From the NCBI GenBank assembly GCA_964016885.1, contig OZ024743.1:296608001-296672000 (forward strand): 64,000 bases of DNA. Direction: 5' to 3'. The notes beneath the pieces are model-generated. The model was not told where the DNA came from. It was given only the letters and a program-made list of their open reading frames with translations, and made no database searches. Position numbers and translations under genes: made by a program. Source of the stretch: Eledone cirrhosa. Taxonomy: Eukaryota. Positions 1 through 12,030 of the stretch are shown here, piece after piece (position 1 is the first letter of the stretch; each line of letters opens with the position of its first letter).

Positions 1-616
1 ATAACTCACGCCGAAGCTATACGAAAAATACACAAGAATTATGGACGTTATTTGTTTGTTTATAAAAGTAGAGTTAAAGACGTATTTACCAAGAAAACTT
101 CATGAACTTCACTGGCTGGGTTGGGAGAGAGACCAAGAGATAACGATTGAGTGTAAGATAGGAAGGAGCCCTGCGAGTGGGGTGGCAGTGGATGTCACTA
201 GCCATTGTCCGCGGGGCGCAGTTCCTTTACCACCGTGCCCTAGGCCCAATCATCACTACCCCTTCCCCCTCCTCATTCTTCTGTGACACTAGAGCCCTTG
301 CCTTTCCGTTTTTTTTATATTTTCTTATTTTACATACCATTCTTTCTTCTCAATCTCATTTTTTTTCTTTTTCTATTAAATTGTTTTTACTATTATAAAC
401 ATCAATTTACTTCTGTATTTCACTACTAAAACATAACCAACACTATCACTGCTTTATTAAAACCAATCTTTCTATCAAAGTGGCAATCCCTGCCGTCCTC
501 ACACCTCTTCTATCACCAATAGACCACCATCACCTCTACTAACAACAATGATTCACTGACTAGCGCAACCACTGCAGCTGCCCCACATCTACAATCAACC
601 AACATACCATCATTAC

Positions 617-738
617 TGTTGTATTCCCAGGTCACGTGATTCATATGCAAATGTGTGAGCACGTGTAAATTGAACAAATCGAATTTAACAGTCCATACAA
701 CAATGAGGTTGTGAGTTCGATTCACAGTCTATACAACA
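617..738 (-). repeat. 3' LTR (122 bp, internally deleted)
   Basis: Matches 5040-5050 plus about 5206-5316 with one substitution. Adjacent to the PPT. Confidence 0.92.
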
Positions 739-1063
739 CCTCCCCACCGAAATTGATGCGACAAAAGAAGCATCAACAGCAAAGTCTCTCTGGGGGTTTA
801 CGAGTTCTCTTGGACCGTCTTCGATTGTCTCGTCCATACTCTGGAACGGGCAATAAGGTCTTGGGTCTGGTCTGTCTTGGAGTTAGTGGCACGCTTTCCG
901 AGATCTCCATCGGGTGATCTGTTGCAAATTCAAAAACAGTGTCTACTGCATCACCAGGTTCATTGTCTTCCTCAGTAGTGTACCGCGGTTGCAGCTGTTC
1001 CCAGTGTCGTCTCCACACCGGGCCATGAGGTATGACCTTAACGTTGAAGCAGCGAGTACCCAA

Positions 1064-2087
1064 TTACTTCTTAATGATTGCTGGTACCCATCGGGGATCT
1101 TTGTCTCGGCGAGGTCCGTAGTACAGTGCATACACAGGATCTCCAGCTTTGTACTGCCTGGTAACCTTAGCGACACCTGCCGAGTCCGGAGTCATCTGAG
1201 ACTTATATGCTTCCTTAGACTGCTTGCCTTGAGCGATGTGTGCTGGCGAGGGCAGCAGAGAATCAATCCTTGTCCGTATCTGCCGGTGATTCAAAAGTTC
1301 ACTCGGAGAGAATCCACTGGATGTCGGTGTTCTCCGGTACTGCATCAAGAACTCTTGAAGTGCTCGCTTCGGCGGAAGAGAAGTCTACCTCAGAGCTTGT
1401 TTGAAGGTCTGCACCAAACGTTCCGCTGCTCCGTTAGTAGCTGGGTGGTAAGGTGCCCCTGTCAGGTGCGTGATCCCACGTTCTTTGCACCAGCTCTGGA
1501 ACTCCTCAGAAATAAAAGTTGGTGCGTTATCGGTGACTAGCGTGTGAGGAAATCCGAAGTGCGCAAAGTCTTCTTCAAGCAGATCTAAAGTGGCTCTGGA
1601 GGACGTGGATGATGTCGGATGAATGCATGGATACTTGGAATAAGCATCCGTGATCACCAACCAATTACTGCCCATGAAATTTATTGCGTGGTCCAGGTGT
1701 AAGCGGCTCCACGGCTTTTCAGGTAACATCCATGGGTGAACTGGAGACTTGGATGGCTGGTTTTGATGTTCACCACACGAATCACATTGTCGACTGGTTT
1801 TCTCTATAGCAGCATCGATACCAGGCCAATAAACAGCAGTTCTTGCCAATTGTTTCATGCGCTCCATGCCAAAGTGTCCGAGATGCAGAAGATTGAGGAT
1901 CTTTGGCTGTTAGCTATGTGGAATCACAACTCTCGATCCATGGATAAGGCATCCGTGGCAGATACTGAGTGGATCCGATAACTTCCGGAACTTATTGACT
2001 TCGTCATTGATCTCAGTATTCTTTGGTGGCCAGCCTTCACGGACGTAGCGTATCACTGGATCTTTCCCTGACTCTTGACGGAGGACG
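1064..2087 (-). pseudogene. Gypsy integrase region split over several frames
   Basis: ORFs 1910-2257, 1385-1867 (YWPGID, CDSC, PWSRLHLD, TDNAP, GAPYHPATNGAAERLV) and 1064-1348 (YRRTP..SPSELL). Confidence 0.88.
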
Positions 2088-4976
2088 TTAGAATCGATAG
2101 GTTGGACTTGAAGACAGAGCTTTGATGGCGCACACCATGTCCATGTCTTCACCATTTTCCTTCCTGTCAAAATCGATGTCATTACCAAATGGCAAGTGAC
2201 TGAGGGCATCTGCATTGCCATGATCCGCTGTTTTCCGATATTCGATGGTGTAGTCAAACTGGTTCAGCCACAGGGCCCACCGTGCTAATCGGTTAGCAGC
2301 GAGAAGTGGCGTCCCTTTCCTCGGACTGAACAGTGATGTCAGTGGCTTGTGGTCAGTTACGAGTATAAACTGATGTCCGTACAGATACTGATAGAACTTC
2401 TGCAAGCCAAATATGATGGCCAGGGCTTCCTTTTGAATTTGGCCGTAGTTACGCTGTGCAGAAGTAAGAGTCTTGGACACATTGGATATTGGGCGCTCGC
2501 TTCCATCAGGATAGCGATGAAACAGGACTGCTCCAATACCAACTTTTGACGCGTCGCAAGCCAGTCCCAAAGTTTTGTTTGGATCGAAGTGTATCAGAAC
2601 TCGATCCGATGAAAGCACATTTTTCAACTGATCGAAAGCTGACTGTTCTTCATCTCCCCACTTCCAAGTAGTCGTTTTTTTCGTAAAGCAATAGAGTGGC
2701 TCTGCCATGCTGGCCAGGTTTGGGATAAACTTTCCATAGAACTGAACTGAACCCAGGAAAGACTTCAAGCTTGAGACGTTCGTTGGAGGTGGCATCTTTA
2801 AAACGGGTTCGACCTTGGATCCCTTCGCCGACAAGATGTGTCCTAGGTATTCCACACTGGGTAGTGCAAACTGGCACTTGTCACGGCGACATCTGAGTCC
2901 TTTGTCGCACAGACGTGTGAGCAGACACTTTAGGTTGTTCAGGTGATCGTTTGCATCTTTCCCACTGACGAGCATGTCGTCCTGGAAGACGGCCACACCA
3001 GGTAGATCTTGAGTCAGGTTTTCCATGATCTCCTGAAAGTAACCAGATGCTGACTTGATTCCGAAAGGGAGTCGTTCCTGCAGGAGCACCCCACGGTGAG
3101 TGCTGAGTGCAAGCCTGCGTTGACTTTCTGGAGCCAACTTGATCTGATTATAGGCATCAGCAAGATCAATCTTTGTGTATCCGAATCCACCTCCTAGCTT
3201 CTGCATCAGTTCCTCTGGGAGTGGCATTGGATGACGATGATCTGCAAGTTGGTCATTAATTCCCACAGAGTAGTCACCACAAATCCGTAGTTTGGGCTTC
3301 AGGTTGCCTGAAGTATGTGCTTTACGAATCGGTGCCACTGGCGTTCTGTATTCGTTGAACTGTACTGGCTTCCAGATTCCTTTGGCGATGCCTTCTTCGT
3401 AACCTTTGGCCAGGTCATCATGAAGAGCAAACGGGACCGGGCGTGCCTTGTGAAAGACCGGTGTCGCGTCCGACTTGAACTTCACTTCCAGTTCGAAGTC
3501 ATTAAGACATCCCAATTCTTGCTTGAAGAGATCTGGGAATTCATCACACATGTTGTGACAATCCCGTTGCATGGAAATATAGGGCTCATTTGAGGTCTTT
3601 GGATGCATCACTTCTGCACCCTCACTCTTGGCCTGGCTGTCTATGCTTTTCAATCCTAGAGCATTGTCCACGGAAATTCCCAGAGTCTGGATAGCGTTTC
3701 GTCCCAGCAAATTAAGATCAGGGATCTTGGTGACGATGTAGGGTATTGAATTCCGTTTACCGGTCGTTGGATCCTTGGTTTGGCCCATGAAAGTTCCCAG
3801 AACGGGCAGGTCGTGCTTGCTGGCAGATTCAAACCGATGTTTGACATCTTGCAGCTTCGGTTTTCCTAATTGTTTCCAAACTGACAAGGAAACAAAATTG
3901 CCTGTAGTAGCTGTGTCCAATTCCATTGTGAAAAGTCTGTTCTGGATTGTTATTGGCACATTCAAACTATGAGTATCGTGGGGAACTTCACCAAGGATCG
4001 CCTTGACTAGCTCAGATTTCGTGATTCTTTTCACGTAATTCTGTGAGCGATGATTACGTTGCTGATGTTTCTTTCTACACACCGCTTGCAAATGTCCCTT
4101 TTTGTCACAAAAATGACATTTGGCTTCTTTGAAGGGGCAGTCTGTCGCTTTGTGGGCCTTTCCACATCGGTAGCACATCTCCTGGTCTGTGGAATAAGAC
4201 TGCTGATAGTTATTTCGAGGACCCTTGTTCTTGTTCTGCTGGACCTTGTAGACTTGCTTGGTTTTGGAACCGTAAACAGTTTCCTTTGCTGCGTCTTCGG
4301 TCCCGATGGCAACTTTGACAGCACGGGCGAAATCTAGTTCTGTATCCTTGATCTTGAAAATAGCCTTCAACACAGCTTCATTATTGACAGAACATATAAA
4401 TCTCTGTCTTAGAGCTTCATCTTGTGGATTTGTGGTCGAAGGAAAATCACAGGTAGCTGCATCCTGACGTATACGTGCTGCCAGCTCCTGGAGAGTTTCG
4501 CCTGGCTTCCGTTGCATGTCACTCCAGAACTTGAAACGTTCTCTCACAATGAAAAGTTTTGGGTCGAACTGTTCTTTCATGAAATCAACAATTTCGTCCA
4601 TTGTCAACTTGTTGATATTCTTAGGCGGATTTTGTTGAGCAACCAGATTTGCAAGTTGTTTGTAGATAGTAGCCGTCTGATTAGTCAGGAACACTTGTGC
4701 CATGCGTTGCTCGGGTACAGCGTTAGCAGCCACAAACGTGCAGAATCTTGACCAGTAATCAGGCCATAGTTCTGTTGTTGAATCAAAAGCAGCAAATGGT
4801 GGGATGAATGCTGTTGGTGTCGAAGCAACTGGCGACGCCAATAAACTCTGTTGTTCAGAATCTCGAGCACCAAACAGTTTTATCAGAGTGTCCATATCTT
4901 TCTTGTGTTGTTGCATTTGTTGTTCCATCTGTTCTCTAAACAACTTTATTAGCTCCGCTGTTTGTTGTTCCGCCAT
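2088..4976 (-). CDS. Gypsy gag-pol polyprotein (gag, zinc knuckles, protease, RT, RNase H), truncated by a frameshift before integrase
   Basis: Start MAEQQ at 4976. CYRCGKAH..C and CHFCDKKGHLQAVC knuckles, LDTAT protease site, KIDLADAY...FQDD RT, CDAS..GIGAVL/EALAI/TDHKPL RNase H. Confidence 0.9.
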   Translation of the reverse strand: MAEQQTAELIKLFREQMEQQMQQHKKDMDTLIKLFGARDSEQQSLLASPVASTPTAFIPPFAAFDSTTELWPDYWSRFCTFVAANAVPEQRMAQVFLTNQTATIYKQLANLVAQQNPPKNINKLTMDEIVDFMKEQFDPKLFIVRERFKFWSDMQRKPGETLQELAARIRQDAATCDFPSTTNPQDEALRQRFICSVNNEAVLKAIFKIKDTELDFARAVKVAIGTEDAAKETVYGSKTKQVYKVQQNKNKGPRNNYQQSYSTDQEMCYRCGKAHKATDCPFKEAKCHFCDKKGHLQAVCRKKHQQRNHRSQNYVKRITKSELVKAILGEVPHDTHSLNVPITIQNRLFTMELDTATTGNFVSLSVWKQLGKPKLQDVKHRFESASKHDLPVLGTFMGQTKDPTTGKRNSIPYIVTKIPDLNLLGRNAIQTLGISVDNALGLKSIDSQAKSEGAEVMHPKTSNEPYISMQRDCHNMCDEFPDLFKQELGCLNDFELEVKFKSDATPVFHKARPVPFALHDDLAKGYEEGIAKGIWKPVQFNEYRTPVAPIRKAHTSGNLKPKLRICGDYSVGINDQLADHRHPMPLPEELMQKLGGGFGYTKIDLADAYNQIKLAPESQRRLALSTHRGVLLQERLPFGIKSASGYFQEIMENLTQDLPGVAVFQDDMLVSGKDANDHLNNLKCLLTRLCDKGLRCRRDKCQFALPSVEYLGHILSAKGSKVEPVLKMPPPTNVSSLKSFLGSVQFYGKFIPNLASMAEPLYCFTKKTTTWKWGDEEQSAFDQLKNVLSSDRVLIHFDPNKTLGLACDASKVGIGAVLFHRYPDGSERPISNVSKTLTSAQRNYGQIQKEALAIIFGLQKFYQYLYGHQFILVTDHKPLTSLFSPRKGTPLLAANRLARWALWLNQFDYTIEYRKTADHGNADALSHLPFGNDIDFDRKENGEDMDMVCAIKALSSSPTYRF

Positions 4977-5039
4977 GTTTTTGTGATAAACAATTTCCCG
5001 GCAATGTAGGTAAATCCTATCGTCGACGCCAATAAACTC

Positions 5040-5316
5040 TGTTGTATTCCTCTCGGTACTCGCAGAGAAAACACAACGAGTTATATCAAATAATTTGTGT
5101 AATTTGCGAAACAACCAAAACGCCCCTCCTCGCAGTAGCAGAATAACATAAAGTAAGTCAGTCAGTCTGTGACTGCGTTTTTAATACCAACGCTGACTGA
5201 CTGCCCAGGTCACGTGATTCATATGCAAATGTGTGAGCACGTGTAAATTGAACAAATCGAATTTAACAGTCCATACAACAATGAGGTTGTGAGTTCGATT
5301 CACAGTCCATACAACA
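5040..5316 (-). repeat. 5' LTR (277 bp)
   Basis: TG...CA ends with an 8-bp inverted repeat. Followed on the minus strand by the PBS-like motif and the gag ATG at 4976. Confidence 0.92.
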
Positions 5317-5526
5317 ATTACTACTACAGGTAAGTTTTAATCAGCAGTAGCAGAAACATAGCGTGATAGAAAGAGGTGGTCTTTATGAACCTATATACAA
5401 AAATGTGTATATATAAACATACACAAAACTCGCTGTGAGTATATTCAGTTGTGATCATAGCCCAGTGAAATTTGTATATGCTTAATATACATAGACGTTT
5501 TCCTTTTCGTTATGAGTTCAAATTCA

Positions 5527-5880
5527 ATGGATTGGCAGTATAGGGAGAGAATCGGACAACATGCTTTGTGGCATAGAGTTACGGTTTATGTTCTGAGTTC
5601 AAATCCCGCCGAGAATAGCTTTGCCTATCATCCTCACGGGGTCGATAAATTAAAGTACCAGTGTCGTACTGAGGAACGATTTAATCGACTTTCCCTCCCA
5701 CAAACCTGTTGGCCTTGTGCTTAAATCAGATACCATTGTGAGTTCACATCCCGCGAAATCAAACTCGGTTTTCATTAGTCCGAGTTCGATAAAATAAAGT
5801 ACCAGTCAAGTACTGGGATCGATTTCATCGGCTTATCCTTTTTCCACATTGCTGACCTTCTGTTAAAATTAGAAATCATT
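5527..5880 (+). mobile_element. tRNA-derived SINE family A, one full and one partial copy
   Basis: GGATTGGCAGTAT...GAGTTCAAATCCCGCCGAG (B-box-like)...GCCT.TCATCCT.ACGGGGTCGATAAA.TAAAGTACCAGT...GGCCTTGTGC. About 20 copies of this family occur in the window. Confidence 0.8.
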
Positions 5881-6564
5881 ATACATAAACATTTTCATTC
5901 TTTACCACGTTATGTTAGTGCTACTACTAATTACTACTAACGTGTCAATTCTATACTTTATATAAATGAGCTGTAGCAAGCTACTTTCCTTTGGCGCATT
6001 GATACTCTTTCCGTGCGCTGTTTGGCTGAGTTGAGCCAATCGCTATCAGCATAAGGATATCTCAACTTCCGCCCAAATGGAGAAATTCCCGCTTCTTTTA
6101 ATAAATTAATTCTCTTGCAGCTTGACATTGCTAAGGTAAACAACCATTTGCTTTTCTCCGCAAACATCATACTAATGTGTAACTACAAAACATTGCCGCG
6201 GCCTGGCTTCTCACTTCAGCCACTGGACCGTGTCTTCTCTACAGATCTTAATTTGTGTGTTCATTTATTTTTGGCATGCTTACCAAACAAGCTTAATACA
6301 GCTCTTCTTACCTTAATAATAAATTCTGTTACAACGAACTACAAAATTGTCGTCAACATTATCTTATCTTATCTTCTAAATTGGTTACTATTACATGCTG
6401 CTATACTGATAACATAATACATCATCATCTTATGTTATAAACTGCTTCACTGGTGACTTCTATTGATACACAATACACAAATACAAATATTATCATTCTC
6501 ATTTATATCTTATTAAATACTATTTTCAGAGCCATCATGAAAGTGATTCGTTTGCAAAATGTAT

Positions 6565-6860
6565 GGTATGCTATGGTCCCATAACTCCTAGTGGAGTCGT
6601 AGGGGCGCGTAGTGACATACGACGTTTCTTGAGCATTTTAAGCTTGGCAGGACCCGTCCTGCTCCAGGTCTGAACACAGAAGATTTCTTCCAGAGAAGGA
6701 GAGAAAATGGGAGAGAAGGGAATAAGGAAGAATCGACTCCAGTACTAAACTGGTACATTTTTATCGACCTCGAAAATATGAAAGGCAAAGTTGACCTCCA
6801 CGTGGTTTGTACACAAAGTGTCGGAACGGATACCGCAAAGCAATCTCTCTAACGTTCCAG
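6565..6860 (-). mobile_element. SINE with family-A head/core and an alternative 3' tail
   Basis: Tail TCTGGAAGAAATC...CAGACCTGGAG...AAAATGCTC shared with 20600-20910, 23560-23895 and 63330-63610. Confidence 0.65.
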
Positions 6861-6952
6861 CGACTCTAACAATTCGACGCCTAACAAAATCTCTAAGAGG
6901 TTAGAAACTGCAAAACTTCAATATATTATGTGTATATTATTAGTAAGTGAAC

Positions 6953-6993
6953 ATTACTGAGGAGTGACGAAAACCATGAAACACGAATATAAT
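6953..6993 (+). ncRNA. degenerate type I hammerhead-like motif
   Basis: ATTA-CTGAGGA-GTG(acgaaaac)CAT-GAAA-cacgaa-TA-TAAT. Stems I and II pair; stem III is weak. Confidence 0.45.
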
Positions 6994-7059
6994 ACTCTTA
7001 CACTGATACTGAGGTAGCTGTGATATGATCACTGCTTAAAGCCCTCAGCGTGACATATG

Positions 7060-7194
7060 TATGGTTACGGCCCTTTATGGTCTGAGTTCAAATCTCGCCG
7101 AGGTTAACTTTGCCTTTCATCCTTACGGGGTCGATAAAAGAAAGTACCAGTAATACACTGGGATAATTTCTGGCCCTGTGCCAAAAGTAGAAAC

Positions 7195-7199
<5 letters not shown>
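7060..7199 (+). mobile_element. SINE family A, 5'-truncated, followed by (TA)n
   Basis: GAGTTCAAATCTCGCCGAGG...GGCCCTGTGCCAAAAGTAGAAACAATTAT. Confidence 0.8.
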
Positions 7200-7273
<74 letters not shown>

Positions 7274-7517
7274 TATATGAATACCTATTGTTTGCTTGGA
7301 ATAAATGAACCTTAAAAATCAGGAATGCCTCTCAGTGTGAATTTGTCTATAGGTACTTAGCTTGAATTTTTTTTCTACCTTTGTTACACTAAATATAGTT
7401 TTTAAAGAATTCCCTTTTTCTTTAAATCCATCAACCAATGACTTCCATCCATCCCAATCACCACCCTTTCCTACCACCAGAAAATGTATAAATACCACCA
7501 TATTACTTGGAGAGTCG

Positions 7518-8455
<938 letters not shown>

Positions 8456-8461
<6 letters not shown>

Positions 8462-8982
8462 AAGTTAAATAAAAGTCAAATGATTAAAATTTAGCTTCGT
8501 TTATTACTGCTATATATATTTCAGTGACAGCCATCTTTGGCTGTGACCTCTTCAGGCAGTTTGAATTAGTATGGTATAGACAAGTTGTTTAGGTGTATGA
8601 TATTGTCAATACTCTGATAGGCCCAGTTCCTTGCTGGGTTGTTAATTCACTGGGGAACTGGAGTCATATGGATATGGCTCCAGTTCCCCAGTGAATTAAC
8701 AACCCAGCAAGGAACTGGGCATATCAGAGTATTGACAATATCATACACCTAAACAACTTGTCTATACCATACTAATTCAAACTGCCTGAAGAGGTCACAG
8801 CCAAAGATGGCTGTCACTGAAATATATATAGCAGTAATAAACGAAGCTAAATTTTAATCATTTGACTTTTATTTAACTTTATTTTACACTACTCCGGAGT
8901 AACCAAACCAACCTGCGCACTTCGTCGAGTGCTCCAGCCTGCATACTGAGGTGTTGGTATACAACCAACATAAACTCAAAAA
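8456..8982 (+). mobile_element. fold-back element H3 between (TA)n tracts
   Basis: Near-perfect inverted repeat of about 215 bp per arm (8456-8669 and 8672-8886) plus a unique tail of about 95 bp. Homologous to 15368-15690 on the minus strand. Confidence 0.85.
8781..8835 (+). ncRNA. type I hammerhead ribozyme (inverted copy at 8506-8560)
   Basis: ACTGC-CTGAAGA-GGTCACAGCCA(aaga)TGGCTGTCACT-GAAA-TATATA-TA-GCAGT. Intact core, 5-bp stem I, long stem II, palindromic stem III, AUA cleavage triplet. Confidence 0.8.
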
Positions 8983-9327
8983 ATATATATATATATATAT
9001 ATATATGAATAAAGTTAGTCCTTCATCAGTGATCTTCCAACCATCATTGGTATTTCATTGCTTTAAAGACCATATACCTCCGGTTTGTGCGAGCAACGGC
9101 TAAAAAAAAGTCGTTGGGACACGTAAATAAAGGGGACACGAGTGTAAACAAACAAAAATCGTGAAGCAACGAAAAGTGAGGAAGAAGGAGTCAAGTCCCA
9201 AATTTCTATGAATTTAAATTCGGTGAAATCGTGAACAAGAGAGAATAAAGACCATCAAACCTGGTTGAAATGTGAGCAAGGAAGGAATTTCGCACAGGTC
9301 TAACGGGAGGAAGAAGGGGTCTAGTCT

Positions 9328-9402
<75 letters not shown>

Positions 9403-9876
9403 TTTAAATCATATTTTATATCTAAGCTATACGTAACAAACCATAGCTCACTCAAGGGAGTCATTAGATAAAACAGACCCGCGTGTAGGTAATTTACTTG
9501 ATATTTCATGAAGGAAAATGACCTGATACTGTTTGAAGAGTGTTTTTTCATTGATTTATTTCAGTGTCATATTAAAGAGGGTAGTAGCTAGTTAAGGTGA
9601 AATAATTCTGTTCAAATAAGAACTCGATTTATGGCACAGGGACCAATCTTAAAGTGTTTTTTAAATAGATGCTAACCTCAATTACCTGTCAGATATAGAC
9701 AAATTTAAATCCGAATAACAATACCATATGCCACCACAAAATAAAAGTGCAATTAAATTTCCATTCTTTTTGCTGGTTTTTAGATAAATAAGCACCATAA
9801 TAGACAAAAATCTAACTTTAAAGAAAAATCACTCTGCAAAACCTTTGCAGAGTTACTTCCCTTGATTAAAAAATAT

Positions 9877-10043
9877 TTATAATTGTTTCTACTTTTGGAA
9901 CAAGGCCCGTAATTAAACAGTGTATTACTGGTACTTTATTTTATCGAGCACGTGAGGATGAAAGGCAAAGTTAACTTCGGCAGGATTTGAACTCTAATCA
10001 TAAAGGGCCGTAACTCTTTGCTGCAAAGCATGGCGTCAGACCC
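9877..10043 (-). mobile_element. SINE family A
   Basis: Reverse complement of the family consensus. Confidence 0.8.
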
Positions 10044-10140
10044 TCTACCTATACTGCCAATCCTTATTTATAATACATATTATTCATTGATATGTATTGT
10101 GTTAGATTCGGAATTTTGACAGAATCGTTAGTATCGACAG

Positions 10141-10632
10141 TGCCGACCGCCTTCCATGCCAGGGTGCTCTCAACGAGATCATAAAGCATGGCTTGGATGC
10201 TGCAGGCTTCCCCTCCCAGCTCGAGCCAGTGGGACTCGAACGAGGGGACGGCAAAAGACCAGTCGGCATAACCATCTTCCTGTACAGCGGTGGTAAACCC
10301 CTCATCTGGGATGCCACATGCAGCAACACTTTCTCCAGCGGCAACCTGGTGCAGACAGTGACTAATCCAGGCTCTGCTGCAATTCGGGCTGAGGGGGGGG
10401 GGGGGGGGTAAACTCTTCAAATATCAGTCGCTCTCCGACAGGTTTGTGGTCGGGCCTGTAGTAGTGGATACTCCTGGTGGTCCTACGCCACCTCCTTGCC
10501 GAGTTGGCTACCCGCAGCTGTGAGCCTCGCAAACAGCTGGAATGGCTCTTCCAGTGCGTCTCCCTCACCAGCTTCCAAGGAAACGCCTTCTCTAGTGTGT
10601 CCGCCGGTGCCGCCAGTGCGTGGACTCCCATT
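10141..10632 (+). pseudogene. 3' fragment of a CRE-like non-LTR retrotransposon (restriction-like endonuclease)
   Basis: EPVGLERGDGKRPVGIT...GKPLIWDATC and, after a frameshift, WLFQCVSLTSFQGNA. These resemble the EP.GL.R.DGKRPDG...WD.T...Q.GNA motifs of CRE-clade elements. Confidence 0.75.
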
Positions 10633-11066
10633 TGCTTATAATAGTGAGAGATAGGAAGAGCGAAAGAGACGGAGGCAGTGAGTGAAAGGAAGAGATAGGA
10701 AGAGCGAGAGAAACGGAGGCAGTGAGTGAAGGAGAGAGAACATCAACACTTATTTAGTTATTTATTCATTTGTATTTATCTGCATTGTTATATATATGTG
10801 TACATATATAATGTTGAACAGTGAAACAACAACTACAACGTCAACAATAACAAGATGCTTTGTGTTCAAATCTCGCCGAAGCCAAATTTATCTCTCATCG
10901 TTGCGAGATCGATAAAATAGAATACCAGACATGTACTCACGTCAACATTCCCGCCCCCTAAAGAACTTTTGACTTTGTGCCTAAATTAGTAACTCACTGT
11001 TCTTACCTAATTGTTCTCTGAATGTATTTTGTCTACCCGACTTGATATGTTCATTTGTCTGTCTAT

Positions 11067-11224
<158 letters not shown>

Positions 11225-11235
11225 ATATATAATAT

Positions 11236-11700
11236 GTAGATTCCTGAGTTGTGTCAGGGGTAACCTCAGTTTCAAAAGCTACTCAATTCAATGGTAGAGT
11301 ATATGCATCTTTATTATATATATATGACTTCTACAGGACTAGTGCTCTTTCATTCATATGAAATTATCAGGAATGTCAGATAAGGTTGGTCAGTTCTGGC
11401 TATTCATAGATGTCTCAGTTGGTAGTTTAGTGTAGCAATGCGGGTGTCCTATCTAACACACCAAGTATCTAGTGCTGGATGGGGAGGAGAAACGGGAGAG
11501 AGGTCACTTGATTAATGAGGAGGGATGAGGATGAAGAAGGGAATGGGAGAAAAGAGGAAGAAGACGGGGAAGTAGAATAAAAGAAGGAAGAAGGAGACGA
11601 AGTAGGGAAAGAAGAATGCTAGTGGTATGTTAGAGGGGAGGGAGAAGCCAAGTTTCTTTTAGTAGGCAGAAAGGTGGATTCAAAAGAGAATCTTTTTAAT
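11236..11700 (-). mobile_element. family H2 element with hammerhead-like motif at 11326-11377 (core CTGATAA)
   Basis: Shares ACTCAAT...GACTTCTACAGGACTAG...TTTCATTCATATGAAAT with other H2 copies. The upstream boundary is approximate. Confidence 0.55.
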
Positions 11701-11703
11701 ATA

Positions 11704-12030
11704 TGCATGACTAGTTTGGGAACTGGTGCAGTAATGTGCCAGCTTCAACATTCGGTCATAAAAAGTGAAGTAAAGGTAAAAGCCAAACTCGCTATCTTCA
11801 ATTCGGATTTCGAGCCAACCCTTATCTATGTTCATGAATCTTGGGTAATGACCGAAAGAATACCATTGCGAATACAAGCGGTCGAAATTGGATTCCTTCG
11901 AAGGGTCTTTGGAGTAACGTTTTCGACAAGCCGGATCAACTGGAAACGATTGCTTCTGACAGGGCCCGCTGGAAGGCATGCTTGAGGACTCTGCTCCCAC
12001 GACCCTCTCAGGAATATGTGGACGAAGAGG
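11704..12030 (+). pseudogene. RTE LINE 3' fragment
   Basis: KLAIFNSDFEPTLIYVHESWVMT...RIQAVEIGFLRRV. Similar to 25960-26465. Confidence 0.75.

Larger units (their letters stand above)
617..5316 (-). mobile_element. Ty3/Gypsy LTR retrotransposon, full length, pol frameshifted
   Basis: Both LTRs start TGTTGTAT and end ATACAACA on the + strand. 5-bp TSD ATTAC at 612-616 and 5317-5321. Polypurine tract (minus GGTGGGGAGG) at 739-748. PBS-like TGGCGTCGACG (minus) at about 5021-5031. Domain order is gag-PR-RT-RH-IN. Confidence 0.95.

Noticed and set aside
914-1540. 208-aa + strand ORF and other antisense ORFs over the Gypsy, RTE, mariner and STX5 regions
   Set aside because: Shadow ORFs opposite real coding sequence.
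4977-5114. N-terminal 46 aa of the 1008-aa ORF
   Set aside because: It starts at a non-ATG codon inside the LTR/PBS. The real gag start is more likely the ATG at 4976.
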